Positions 24,160-37,294 of a stretch of 64,000 nt of DNA are shown in pieces. Each line of letters starts with the position of its first letter. The stretch's first letter is position 1. The translations under genes were made by a program, and so were the position numbers. Below the pieces are notes generated by a model that ran no database searches, was not told the DNA's origin, and saw only the letters and a program-made list of their open reading frames with translations. Origin of the DNA: Auanema rhodensis. Lineage: Eukaryota > Animalia > Nematoda. The DNA lies in NCBI GenBank assembly GCA_964057225.1, contig OZ059897.1, positions 15,686,001 to 15,750,000 of the forward strand, read 5' to 3'.

Positions 24160-27100
24160 TTAATTCTCCAGAAGAGCATGCAATGAAGAGAAACCGGTAT
24201 CCTTAGGTGGCTGGCAAGCTTTAAGTGCTGCTTCTAGCCGATCTTTATCAAGTGATGAAAGGAATGATAACTCATGGTACGCCATGGATGATGATGTAGG
24301 ATGGTCCTCACCAGCTAACAAAACATTTTTCTCAGCCTGAAACGCATTTATAATTTTGTTGGGGCGTATATATCTCACCATCATTCGTAATACTGTTACT
24401 AGAAGTTCATATGAGTGGTCTTCTCTGGTATCTTTTCCAGCATTGATAAAAGCATCAGCGAAGTCATTCAAACAAGGTCTCGGCCCATCAAACAAAGCTG
24501 TTTCACAGAAAATAGCATTAATGATAACCTGTAAGCATTTTATTAATGTTATCAGAACAGTTACCCGCTATTACCTTAGCGATTCCACCCCAAACAACAG
24601 CAGGGAAGTCAACCCAAGCCTCAGATTTTACGGCGTAAAAACAATAATTAGCAATACTGAAAATTTCAATATTGAAATCTGTTAAATGAAAAATTAAAAT
24701 ACCCAGTGAGAGCTTGACGTTTATTGTTATTATCTTCAAGAGCTTTACACAAAACATGACCCAGTGAAGGTAATAATTCAGGTTTGACCTGAAAATAACA
24801 AATTATAGAATTCATATTTTTAAGAAATTATACCTTTTCAACAGCTGCTTGCACCAATCGTTGGAATACATCAGCCACAGTTGGCTTGCCATACTTTTCT
24901 TGGCCAACGTAATCATATAAATAGGTGGACATCTGAATTTACATGTCAGATGTTTATAGACACTTTATTAAGAACCTGTTCAATATTAGAATCACCGGAG
25001 TTAACTTCATCGAGATCACTGGAAATAGAATTTACCATCTTAGACATCTTCTGCTCACGTTCTTGCTTCTCTTCCTCATTTTCTTCAGCATCCTAAAGAA
25101 TAGATTTTAGATAGAATTTGGCCGAAATCACAACAATACCTGAGAAGGACTTCGCTGATCTGTGCTACCCATGCGTTGGGCGGCAGCTAAGGCAGCAGTT
25201 CTATCATCAGCGAGAGAAAGTTTTCTATTTTCACTTCCATCTCTACTATTACTCTTATTCCATTTTTCCGTTAGTCTGTTATTTGTGTCAGCGCTAACAC
25301 CACCTCCAGTAGCGCCAGTTTTCCAGGTCTTCCGTTTGTCCTCTTGTCCCACCTATTGGAGAAATGTATGATTTGTTTTTATTTTCGACGTACCTGTGAC
25401 AAAGACATGTTCCTTGGAGGAGCAATGCTGGTAGTTAGCTTAGAGCTGGCTACAGCAGCGGCTCGTTTATCTTGCTTGCCTTGACCAAACCGATTATCAG
25501 AAGAATTCCTCATAGGTGGTGGGCCTTGTCTGCGAAGAGAACCACTTCCTGTTCTCAATCCTTGTCTCTTATCATACTAAATAAAAACAATATTAAGAAA
25601 ACGCAATTAATAAATTACTGATTCTCTTTGTTGAAGATTTTCCATCTGTTCTTGTTTAATCTCATTATGAATTTCAGTTATCTTCTTTGGACCTTGATCT
25701 ACAACCTTACGTAATTGCCATCTGTTCGCCCGTAACTCAATGATGCCAAGAATCATAAATCTGAAATAGATATTACCTTAGTCAGATTACCAAAAAAAAA
25801 ACCTCATTCTATTGGTACAGTAAGAGGAAATTTCTTGAAGATGCCCCAAAGTTTGATCTAAATACTGTTTTCCTGGGAAATCAGTAGCGTATTCTAGTTG
25901 TTTTCCTAAAGATTCCAACATTTGGACTGCGCATTGAAGAGATTCCTAAAAAAAATAGTTTCTTAAATAAATTCCAAAAAGCTTCTAACCTCATCATATG
26001 GAGGTTCTGGTAATACTTCATTAACTTTATGAGTGTGTCTGATGAGATCGTATAAACACCAATTAACAATCCTAGTGGACAACAATTGTTGGCAATATAG
26101 TTGACCGATAAAGCTGAAATGAGAAACTAATAGTTTCAGTGATCTCGGTCGAACAAACATGATATTTCCAAACTTTCTTCGTCTGAACTTTCCTTCAAAT
26201 TCTTCAATTTCTTGTTGAATTTTAGCTTTGCTTTCCTCTTCATCAGTGCCTTGTAACTAAAATAAAGGTTTGTCTTTATTCCAAAGATACTTTCTATACC
26301 TTAGCGGAGGTTTCTTGGAAATCTCTGTTAACAAATGTAGCTTGAGCTCTGTTAAGGAGAGCATTACGTAATTCTGAGAGTTTAGAGTTTTCAGAAAGCT
26401 CCTGGTCGACTTGTCGTTTGCATAACTCGGAATAAAGTGGGCAGAACTTAGGTTCTTCGACAGCCTTGTCGAAAATAATATTTACTACCTAAGAAAGATT
26501 GATCATGTGAATACATAATTAAGCTACTTCTCTAACCTCTTTTAATTGATCTTTTGCGGTGTAGGTGGCTTCAGGGTGAACTTGGCAAATCTTATATGAT
26601 AAAAATTCTTTAATAAGTTCTTCTTTGGTAGTTGGGGTGATCTTGTTGAGCAGAGCTCTCACTTTTCTCAAGAGTACCTTAAAACAAGGTGAATCAACTA
26701 AATACCAAAAAAAGTTTTACCTTTAAACTGCCATCATCCTCATCATTTTTCAATTTATCTGGTTTCCATGCATCCTCAGCTCTATGAGAAAGAGTCATCT
26801 AAATTACAAGGATTACATTGAACTTCCTCGCATTGTTTTTAACATACCTTTTTCTCCATTGGTCTATCAATAGAAAGACCCTTTCCACTATATGCTTTCT
26901 TGCTTCCTGATCCTCGTCCACTGCGATGTTCGTTATGTGAATTTCTTCCAGAGTACTAAAATAAAAATAAATACACGCGTATTTTATCAATCAAACCTGT
27001 GCTCCTCTTCCAGAACGTTGACCGGTGGTAGAGTTTCTTTGTAACCATGAAGGAGCGAAGTCTGGTCTTTTCTTGTCTGAACCTTTAGGCATAGAGAGTA

Positions 27101-28766
27101 TATCAATTCCGAAGTTTTCAAGCTCCTTTTGAGTTAGTGGGCAAGTAGTTCTTTTGAATTCCTAAAATTTAAACAGCACGATCCATGCATGCTATGATTT
27201 TTAACAAACCTTCTCAATATCTCTGACGCAATAAAGAAAGGCACGTCCATACCAGTTATTGGGAACACTCACTTCAGCTTCATTGGTCAATAACTTTGCT
27301 TTAAGCTCATCAAGCTCATGCTCGCGCTCTCGACGCTTCTCGGCCTCTTCCTACAACACGAAACAGTATTCAAAAATGACCTAATTTCAAGACCTCTTCC
27401 TTTCGGCGAGCTTCTTCCTCTGCATCAACTTCAGTTTCTGGCTCATCAACGATTTCGCCTTCTTCTGGACCATCAACAGAAGGTCTGAATATCATTGCAT
27501 TGAATTGAAATCACTTTTTGAATTCATACCTCTCTAATACCGCTGCAGGAGCTTCAGTTTTAAATTCTTCAATATTTTCTGGAACCTACAAAGAGATAAT
27601 GAGAAAAATTGAAATGAGAATGCAGCTACCTCTTGCGATACAGTTTCAATTTTCTCAACTTGTTCAGGAACATGCTCTGAAGTTTGTGCAATTGGTTCAG
27701 GTTTGGACACTTCCACAGGAACAGGAGTAGGAGTAGGCTCTTTAGCTTTAGCTGGAGCTGGAACTGGAGCTGATACTGATACTGGAACTGGAGCTGGAGC
27801 TGAAGCTTCAACAAGTGGAGGTTGAGCATTCTTTATGGGCTCTGAAGATATTAAACAATCAGTAATCTGAGATAATATGGTTCACCTTCAACTGGTAGAG
27901 GAGCAGGAGTTGCCACAGAGGCAGGAACAAAAGTAGGGGTTGAAGAAGCTTCAACTTTATCGACTTTAGCATCCTTCTTCTTAATTTCATTTAGAACTTT
28001 AGTGCTCATTTCTTTCCTGATTTGATCCTTCTTTTGGTCTTCAGGATTAATTTCTAGAAGAAATTTTTAGCCAATATTATTCTATGATGCTTACTTGGCT
28101 CAGGTTCAGTTCGAACAGTTTTATTGTCATCTGATTTATTCAAATTAATAGGGAGCCCAGTTTCGGGGTCAGTGATAGTCAATACAACCCTCTTTCTATC
28201 CGGTGCTGGATATCCTTGTGCCAAAGGCTGAAATATATTCCTCCCAAACCATACTAATCATTTGCAAACCTGAGAGCTGGACATAATAGGTGCGGGGATA
28301 TATGGAGTTGAAAAATTTATATCCTGTGCATAAAAAGGTGGTTGATATTGCCTGGAAAAAATTTTTTTTAGGTCTTACAAAATAAACTTACATATATCCT
28401 CTATTATCTAATCCAGGATATGGTCTGACATTTGCTGAAACTGTCAAGTATTAATTGAGAAAGAAACTAACAACTACCATCAACACGGAACACATTGGGT
28501 GATTCTTGGATGATATGTTGGTTTTGCGGTATGGTCATTGTGGGACTGAAATTACAATATGATGCAAATTGAAAGAACACATCGCGCATCCCTACAAAGA
28601 TCTAAACAAACTAAACTCACTTTGTAAAATTTCCATCATAAGGACGACTCATAAATGTGGGCGGGTGGATGGCACTTCCTTCTAGAAAATAATTTTTTAT
28701 AACTTAAATATCATTAAGATGATACAAACCTATACCTCTCCCACCACCTTTAGGTACACTTGACAT
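24160..28766 (-). CDS. ifg-1: Eukaryotic translation initiation factor 4G (IFG-1 orthologue)
   Basis: Starts MSSVPKGGGRG after a TTTTCAG acceptor (28790-28784). eIF4E-binding motif YGRAFLY at ~27251-27231. MIF4G domain: KVRALLNKITPTT, IIFDKAVEEPKFCPLYSELC, RKFGNIMFIGQLY, RMRFMILGIIELRANRW, GPKKITEIH. Ends GFSSLHALLEN-TAA at 24160. Confidence 0.95.
27750..27805 (-). repeat. coding hexamer repeat (Ala/Val-Pro) in the eIF4G N-terminal region
   Basis: CTGGAG/CTGGAA/CTGATA tandem units on +, encoding APAPVPVSVSAPVPAPA on -. Confidence 0.85.
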
Positions 28767-29379
28767 AGTTTAAGTTTAAGAAACTGAAAATATACATACA
28801 ATTACACGAAAAAGATATGGACTGCAAATGAAAGAAGCAAGTATCATTATATTAAAAAAAAATATTTCCGTTTTTTTTGTTAAATTGGCAATTCGAAAAT
28901 AGATCAAAAAATAAGTAGATGAAAACAAATCAGGATTTCCCTAGCATTTCCTTTTCATACAAAAATATCTCTTCAATATTTAATTATAAAATATGCAAAA
29001 AAATTACAACACAGCATAAAATCACTCCTCACAAACAAATAATAACAAAACATAGAATCGATTGAAAAATTTTTGGGAATAGTCAAGTTACGAAATTGGT
29101 CCCAAGCGGAGGTCTCCAACCTTTATTCTATATTTTTAAAAATGTACGTGAAAATGTGCTAGCAGCAGTTTTTATAAAACACTTATTGTTTTTACCGACT
29201 TGGATTTCTATAAAAGAATAGTTATAGTGCTTCATTTGTTTTCTCAGATGATAAGAACAAGAATTAAATTATTGATAAACACAAAGCTATTTCTATATTA
29301 GCTGGTTCTACATATTTTGTGTAGTTTTATTAACGTTTTTTAATATTCGTTTTAGTAGGTATTATTTTCTTCCACGAAT
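28767..29379. promoter_or_regulatory. Probable bidirectional promoter between ifg-1 and the RING-CH gene
   Basis: Divergent ATGs ~610 bp apart, with T-rich outron-like tracts and 3' acceptors facing each gene. Confidence 0.5.
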
Positions 29380-30186
29380 ATGATTATTGAAATGCTTTTG
29401 AAATTTTCTGTGATTGGAGGACAAACTATAGAAAAATTGTGTAAAGTCTGCTATGGAGAAGATGATCAAGATGGATGGCTTCGGCCATGCAAGTGTAGTG
29501 GAACATTAAAGGTTCTTAGTTTTTAAATGGAAAATATTATATACATAACTTTAAACTTTGAAGTGGGTGCATAGAGAATGTTTTGACCTATGGATGAAGC
29601 AAGCCCCTGTATTGCAAAAAGCTCAGTGTCAGACATGTCGGTGAGTAGCTATAATACATTAATACGAAAGCAATTCACATGTCTACTATATTTCAGTCAT
29701 ATCTATGAGAAATTATGGAGTCTAAAACCTTTAAAACAGTGGAGTAAGCCTGCAGTACAGGTAATATAAAATATGTTAAATGTGTATATTAAATAATTCA
29801 AGCTTTCAATGTGGGATTGGATAGAAGTTTTCCTTGATTCGTATGCTACTTATAAGTTTTTCCGTGGAATGTGGTGGACAATAGAGGGGAGAAGGTTTTT
29901 ATCTACTGACTATATTATCAATAAAATGTTGACTTAGGGCTATATGGGTTCAATTATTACATTTTCTGTTTTGGAGGACATTTATAGCAAGTAATCAAAG
30001 AATGGCTACGTACAAAACGTTGGCCATCACTTTGATGTCCGCTATTTTTGAGATGAAAGTTAAAGATTATGAAGAAAAAGCAAAGTAAACTGTTTCTTAT
30101 GAGTTTTACTATATTTGACCTTTTTCAGAATTGATACTACTGTGATAATCTTGGACAAACAAGTTATAGACGGAGGCAGGATTTGA
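29380..30186 (+). CDS. Small RING-CH (RINGv, MARCH-like) E3 ubiquitin ligase
   Basis: Spliced exons give CKVCYGEDDQDGWLRPCKCSGTLKWVHRECFDLWMKQAPVLQKAQCQTC (C4HC3 spacing) followed by Trp-rich hydrophobic segments. Six exons, TGA at 30184-30186. The start codon is uncertain. Confidence 0.88.
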
Positions 30187-30500
30187 ACACATAATGTTCA
30201 TTACAGGTTTAAAATTATAATAATCTGTCTAGTCAGAAAATAAAAAATTATTTAACATTAGCGGTAATTGTATATATTTTTTCTCTACGCTTATCTACAA
30301 AGTTTGTTCTCTTAAGTGTTCATCTTATTCATTTGTTTACTTACCCTACAGACCAGGTCTGTTCATCTACTTTTTATTGAGAAATAGCAACACCCGTTGG
30401 GTATAAAATATTTTATTTTGAATAAATGTCCTTCCTTAAAGATTATGAATTCTTCCTCATATTTATATTTTCTTTTCTTTTATGTATTTTAATTTTTCAG

Positions 30501-30824
30501 ATGGTATCTTATGAAGAACTAAAATATAAGTTTTTGCACATTTTAAAAAATTTGTCCGAGAATCCCATTGAAGCTGCTGAAAAAATTGTTTTACTGCTTG
30601 TTTTTTTGATAGTTGTTCTTCTCATTTTCAATTGGAAGGTCCAGAAAGCTATTTCAAAACAAAGAAAAGTATGTTGAAAACGAAATAAATGATAAAAGGT
30701 TTGTATTCTATAGGCTCAGAAGAAGCGTGAGAAGGTTCTTAAACTGCTACAGGGAAGTAGATACGAAAAGCCTGATGATGATAATATTACTGGAGACAAG
30801 TCAGATCGCCCAAAGCAAGAATAG
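30501..30824 (+). CDS. Small single-pass membrane protein, SMIM15/UPF0542-like (92 aa; exons 30501-30668, 30714-30824)
   Basis: ATG directly follows TTTTTCAG. Product MVSYEELKYKFLHILKNLSENPIEAAEKIVLLLVFLIVVLLIFNWKVQKAISKQRKAQKKREKVLKLLQG... shows the (D/N)P-TM-WK-Lys-rich coil pattern recalled for SMIM15. One 45-nt GT-AG intron. Confidence 0.8.
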
Positions 30825-33800
30825 CTTGAGACATAAAAACTCACAGCATAGATTTGTTTTTATCAAATTCTTATATTGTTTTCAAAATATATCGATTCTT
30901 AGAATTAGTGTTCTGCGTAATGTTTAGCAAAGACTTCTTAAATTGAGATCTCTTCTTTTTTAATTTTTTTATTTGAAGTTGCTTTATTTATTTATATCTA
31001 ATGTTCGTACCTGCTAATTTACTTGTTATTATCTTGAAAGTTTTGTTTTCATAGCCAAAGCATACATATGAACCGATAAATAAACTTAGCAAAAAAACTG
31101 ATTGACAACAGTTACGTATTTTATACTCTTAAACTCTCTTGAAGTAATTACTTGTCGTGTTCTAGTTCTGTCATTTCACCATTATTTAAAAATTAGTCCT
31201 ATAATTGTTCTTTATAATATGTGAATTATAAAGTTGAAGTTTGTTTAAATGTGTTAAAAGCTTCTAGATATTATCCTTTTACTTTTGCAGGCTATTAATC
31301 CCATTTAATTTGTAAATATAATCTGAAATTTGTAATTCATTCAGTCATGATCATTATTGTAGCAGTAGGCTTCGCTGCATTTGGACATCTATTTGGCCTT
31401 ATAATAGACAGGTACTTAACCTAAAATAGCATTAGAATGAGAGAGAGGTCATACTTAAAATAGGTTCTACTGTTGGGAAGGGATGACAATTTATGTGAGA
31501 GTCCAGAGAACGCAAACAGGGAAAGCCAGACGACACATTCATGCGACCACAGCCTCGGCCCGAATCCCTCTTTTGCCCTCTTCTACATCGCTCTTCGCAA
31601 TGCCTAGTTTTCTTGTCTCTTTCCTCGATTATAGTTATTTTCTGTTGAATTTCGTTGTTTCATTTTTTTTTGCTCACTTCAAATTTAATCCAAAAGAACA
31701 TAATGGTTCAGTTTTGAAAATATAAGCTTTTTCAAACAGCGTACATTTATGCTACATCGTTCTATGAGGGTCACGTGAAGCACTACACCCCTTTAGTTAC
31801 AGACAGATCTTTTAACCGGCTTCTATTCTCTATTTATCTATTTATTTTGTTCATTTACTTGAAGTAAAACCACCCTAGAAATATTTTTATATATTATTAT
31901 TCATATTTACTATTTTGCGTTCTTAATATATATTTTGTGTATGACTTGGTTCAACAACAGAACCAGCTGGAGAAAATCAATAATGCTGGAATTAAGATTA
32001 GCGCATGCTACTTCGACGGTCGAACCTGAGTTCCGTGCTAATTTTTTTCTTCGTGGTTTCTATTTCCTTTTTGATCGCTTTCTTCTTTCTTGTCGTTCTT
32101 GTCTTCTGAATGCTTCTTCTCTGCTCGTTGTTCCTTTGCTCGTATTCCTAAACCGTAAATAAAGTCCGGTTTTCCGTCTAGAATTGCTGTCCTTTGAAGC
32201 TTCAGTATAGATTCCAATGTCTTTATTTGGTCTTCTGCTCTACCGTCTTATGCACTTTTCTTTTTATTAAAGACTCATCGTTCAGCTCCAGCTCTGCTTC
32301 GTCTTCAATTTTTTCTGTTTTCTATCTGGCAGTTAGATGCATTTAACCAAACTAGGAAGAAGAGGTTAGTTTCCTGAATCATTCGCCACAGTACAAGCTT
32401 TTAGCTTAATCATATAGTCCAGGTCAGGCTGTTCTCTTATGTACAGCCTGAGAACCGCTTTGTTTATACAAGTCGAGTACTGTTCACTCCCCAGTTTGCT
32501 TTATCTTTGGATCCGTTTATAAAATAGAACCTTCTCACATTTCATTTGTTATGAACAGTCTCCATTTACCTGGACCTTTCGTTATCCCTCTATTGTTGTT
32601 AAATATACTGCCTTCCATAGATATTGTAAAATAAGAAATAATATTATCTCTTCTATGGTGAAGACTGTTTTTACTCCTTCACATCTCTTTAAATCTTCAT
32701 CTTTTATTTTCTCTCTCATTTTTCAACTATTTTCTCGCTAGCACTCGCTCTCTGGTTCCTCCATTTATGTAATATATTTTCACCCCTATACATGAATCTC
32801 TCTCTCATCAGCTGATATAGTGTCTACTGTTTTTCCGAACTTACCATCACATTTTCTAACAGCGATGACCCTTCTCTGCAATCCCTTTGTTATCCCCATT
32901 CCTCTTTCAGTCTCTCTTAATTCATTGTGGTTTTCGCATTTGTCATCATATTCGTCATCGCATATGGGAGGGATGACGGTCACCTTGTCCATAAATTGAC
33001 CCTTCCTTGTGTCTCTCTGAACATTGACATCAGCTGATTCTCACTGTTCAGACTCATGCTCATAGTCCGGTTTTTGAGGTTGCGTTGTTGAGATATCCGG
33101 AGCAGGAAGTGGACTATTTTCACTGTCTACACCATATGTTATCCTTCTTTGTTTAATTATTTTACTTCATTTTTTCATCAACTATATATCAGGAAAAAGG
33201 GGGAATATCAGAAGAGAAGCTCATAGAAACATTCACTTTATGTTTATAATTTGGGGAAATAAACAATTAATATGAAATCTATAAACGCTTCGATTCGTCC
33301 TATCGCATACACTTACCTAAAATTACTTCTCGTCTTTGTTTCAAAATGCGCGCTGAAATTTTTATTAGTTTAAATATTATAAATGCTTTTTAAAACTGGT
33401 CCAAGCTACAGACCTTGGCTTTGCATTAGCCAGTAGCAAAAGCAGATGATTCATTTCGATCCGGTTCTCCTTCTATCACTGATCTTCCTTCTTTACGCTC
33501 ACATTCAAGAAATAAATGGTGATATTTCGAATTTTCTCTGTTTTAACCGCTTAAATGGCCCATTTCCTTTTTTCGGTACAGCTTTTTCCTGGCAGTTCTC
33601 TTTCCTTAGTTCTATAAATAAGAAAAAGAGAGATCATACTATATAAGGAATATGAGAGATTATAGAGAAAAAAGCAAAGCAGCGGGCGGTTTCGGCCATC
33701 ATCATATTCACCGCTTAAGCCTGTTCCTATCCTCTACCTTTTCTGTAGCTTTCTTTTTCTAGTAGTATCCCATTCGATGGCTGCTTGTAATCTATATAGA

Positions 33801-34267
33801 ACGCCAGGACCATGGCTAAGTATTATGGTCCTCAGAATATACTTTTGATTCTTTTGCTCTTTATTTTTGAAAGAAGTTTTTTCCTTTGCTTATCCTTCTT
33901 TGAACTGAATCATTCGCCTCATGTCTTATGTTCACTATTTCTGCTAGACCGTATCGACTAATCGTAATCACCAAGAACCAGTTTATTCATGTCAAGCAGT
34001 TTTCGATTGCTTGACAACATTTATGTATCCGTGTTTTGGGCATTTGTATGTAATATGTTCGGTAAATTTATGTACCTTGAATAATTAGTATATTCTTACA
34101 CTAAACTTATTTTTAAATTAGTTTCTCTTATTCCATATTATTAAGAAGTTTTTCTCTATCATTTATCTGAATCATCCTCACTGCTTTGTTGGTTTTTTTC
34201 TTCTCTTATTCTTCATCTATCTCTCGATATCAACTTCAGTTGATAAATTATTCACCTCCCTGAATAT

Positions 34268-34973
34268 TGACGTCTCTTCAAAAATCATGGTGACGTTGCT
34301 GATCGTGGCAATCAGAGCATTTTCTTTGCAACTACATACATCAAGGTCACTCACCTGAGATGAACAATGAATTCACACTATTTCAAAATTAAAATCTAAC
34401 GGTGAAAGGGTATTTTTCGAAACATAACCTTTCTATGACTTTTCCCTACTCTGTGAATTAATGCTGTTCCAATGCATATTTGCTCAATGAAGATGTACGA
34501 AGAAAGCAACTTCTGAACATCGTACTAGTGAGCTGTGACATTTAGTTCTATAAAAAGCTGAAGACTAGACTACATGTTTGGTCAAATCGTTCTCTTGAAA
34601 GTATTGTTTGGGAAAACCAAATACTTATGATTCATCACTGTTGGCTTGTTGCAGTGATCAACACCCTAGATTTGCAAATGCTCATCTACTGTTGAAAGCT
34701 GCTGACGCGAAGATGACGGCGATGATGATAATGTGGGCGAGCGATGTTAAACTACTCAAAATATCTATTATCACTCACTTCGCATATGAATCCACTTTAT
34801 TTTTCTTGAAAACGGAGGAAACGATGAAGATAGACGTATGACCAAGACGTCATTGATCTCCCGAAATTTGGTTTGACGGTTTCGAAAGTGAGACAGAATA
34901 CGACAGGAAAGAGTGAAACGGTGACAACGATCATGACGTCGTCAGTCTAATGTGGCTTCTGCGCACGATGACG
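34268..34973. promoter_or_regulatory. Cluster of CRE/ATF half-sites (TGACG)
   Basis: Nine TGACG/CGTCA copies in ~700 bp of intergenic DNA upstream of dab-1. Confidence 0.4.
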
Positions 34974-37294
34974 CATACGATGCCTGGTGAAAGGAAAGCT
35001 GTGACCAAAGGGCTAGGAGATCTTACTGCCTTTATCTCTATCTGCAGTTTCTACTTTCATATTTGTTTTTCTTATATTCCCAATTTCTAGACAGTATGCC
35101 ATCAATTTGCCATTAAGAACGTCACAATTCCACTTTCTTCTATTGCAAATTATGAGAAGAATATGAAGTTTTTCTCCAATTTTCATCTTCTCGTTCTGTC
35201 TCTATGTATTCCACCCCTCGTTATCGAATTATGACCACAGAAGTGAAGAAGCTGCTCGCTTATCTTTTATCTCTGTCATTTAAACCGGCTTGGCCAGAAC
35301 AATATTTCTCTATCCTCTCTTTTTTTCGTCTAGTTATCATCTAAATGCCATTCATATGTTCTTAAAATGTACTTTTTTTCACATAGTTCTCTCACCTCCT
35401 TTTCAACCTGATATTTTGACAGCTTTTATTTTATTATGAAATTGAAAGATGACAATTTGATTTGGACAGTATATTTCGTTGATGTACTTTAGAATGTATC
35501 AAGCAAGTACTATGATAAATAGTAATTCGGAATTCAAAAAAGTAACCTAATATAGAAGAAAAGTTAAGAAATGTCATTAATTGCTGATCCAAAGGGCATT
35601 GGTACTGTTCAGACGATCATCTTTCGGTATAAAGTCTTACGAGTCCTCTACTGAATGGACTAGATCCTCCAATTGACTTGATCTTGATCAATTTTGGTTC
35701 TTTTTCTAGCAACAACAATGTTCCTACAAAAACTTCTCAAATCACTTCCTTCAATATATCCAAATCCTATCTAATGACTCTTACCTCCAAGTAATTTCGC
35801 GATTCTATGGCTTGTTGTGTTCATTTATGTCTTGTTTCTCTTATCGGTTTCAATAAAAAGCCTATTGATCCAGTAAAGAGCGACTCCTTTTTTCTCAATG
35901 ATTGGACAGGCCTTCTTGTTCTATTGTATTTTCTCTCGTCCCCAATCCGTTGCGCTTTTTTTCGCAAAATATCGGGTGAAAATCAGGAACAGGCTCTTCG
36001 TTTCCTCAGGGGGAGAGGCTAGCCGGCATACGTTCGTCTTTCCTTTTTTCCGGACGACAGTTTCTTGGACAAACATACGCCAGAATCAGCCGTCCGTCTG
36101 CAATATCTGGAGTTCTACATCTCTTCTTCTCTTTCTGGTGCTCAATCTTTCCTTTACATAGCTTTCGTCATTTTTCTCATCTCTTTGAAATTCCTTCGGC
36201 ACTTGTTTCCGGAACCTTCGTCTGCTGGTCTGTAATTGTCATTTATACCTTAGCCTGTTTGCGGATGAATTCATCTATTCTTTTCATTCTCATCATCTTT
36301 TTTTCTGGTCTGTTAGTTCTAATGTTAAATTATCTGGTGCCATAGTACATTTCCATGAGATTGATTTCTTCTCTAATTATATTTTGATACCCTGGAAACA
36401 ATTTTTTTGCACTTATATGATTTTATTGATGTTGTTTTTATTTCTCATAACTCTTTCGTGACTGAATTGAAAAAAATATTGTTAGTGACCCACAATTCTT
36501 CTCGGGAAGTATTGTTTTTCGCTTCATGATCTATGATGATTACTATGATTCAAACCACGACATTATTTGTATCTTTCAATTCCATTGCCTGTTGTTGTAT
36601 TGCAACAATTTCTATTCTCTTCAATAGCCGCAATCTGATTCAGAGCTAAACATTGTAGTCGAGCTGTGACAATCCTGCTGTTCAGATGTATTCTAGCACA
36701 ATCCTCACACACCTGCTTTTGGTTTTCTCTTCTCTTAGTACACCTAACATGTAGCTGAATAGTATAGAAATATGTACTAAACGAACGTCCTTCATAGAAC
36801 TAAATGTTACCAATTTTCATGATTATCTAGCTTATTCATAATATGCTAAACCACATCCTGATAATCTAAAATCGACATTATAAAGCATAATACTCTTATG
36901 CATACTTACAATGTTCTTAGCTCTGCATTGGCTGCCCTTCAGGAACAATATACTACGTTCACTGTCAGTGCTTTTAACAAGGAAAAAACTTAAAAGTGCT
37001 TAATCAGTTGAGTGTTTCTGTTAGTGTATAAGAATAAAAGCTTTACCTCCAGTTGGCAAGTTTACTAACACGGCCTGGACAACCATATTTACTATTAAAT
37101 GTTAAAAAATTGTTTGTTTTAAAACTTAAATTCAGTTTGCTATACAGTCAAACTCGTTTTTTCTCCTCTTCTGTTAGCAATTCTCTCATCAATTAGTCAT
37201 TTTGCTACAGAAATGGCCTTGGCTACATACGTTCCATTCCATATCCGAGCAAGATTAAGTGTATTCTAATAAAACTACTAGTGCACAAGTATAC

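Noticed and set aside
31347-31725. Two-exon ORF MIIIVAVGFAAFGHLFGLIIDRFYCWEG...
   Set aside because: Only one junction, a low-complexity Phe/Ser-rich tail typical of non-coding T-rich DNA, and no recognisable family.
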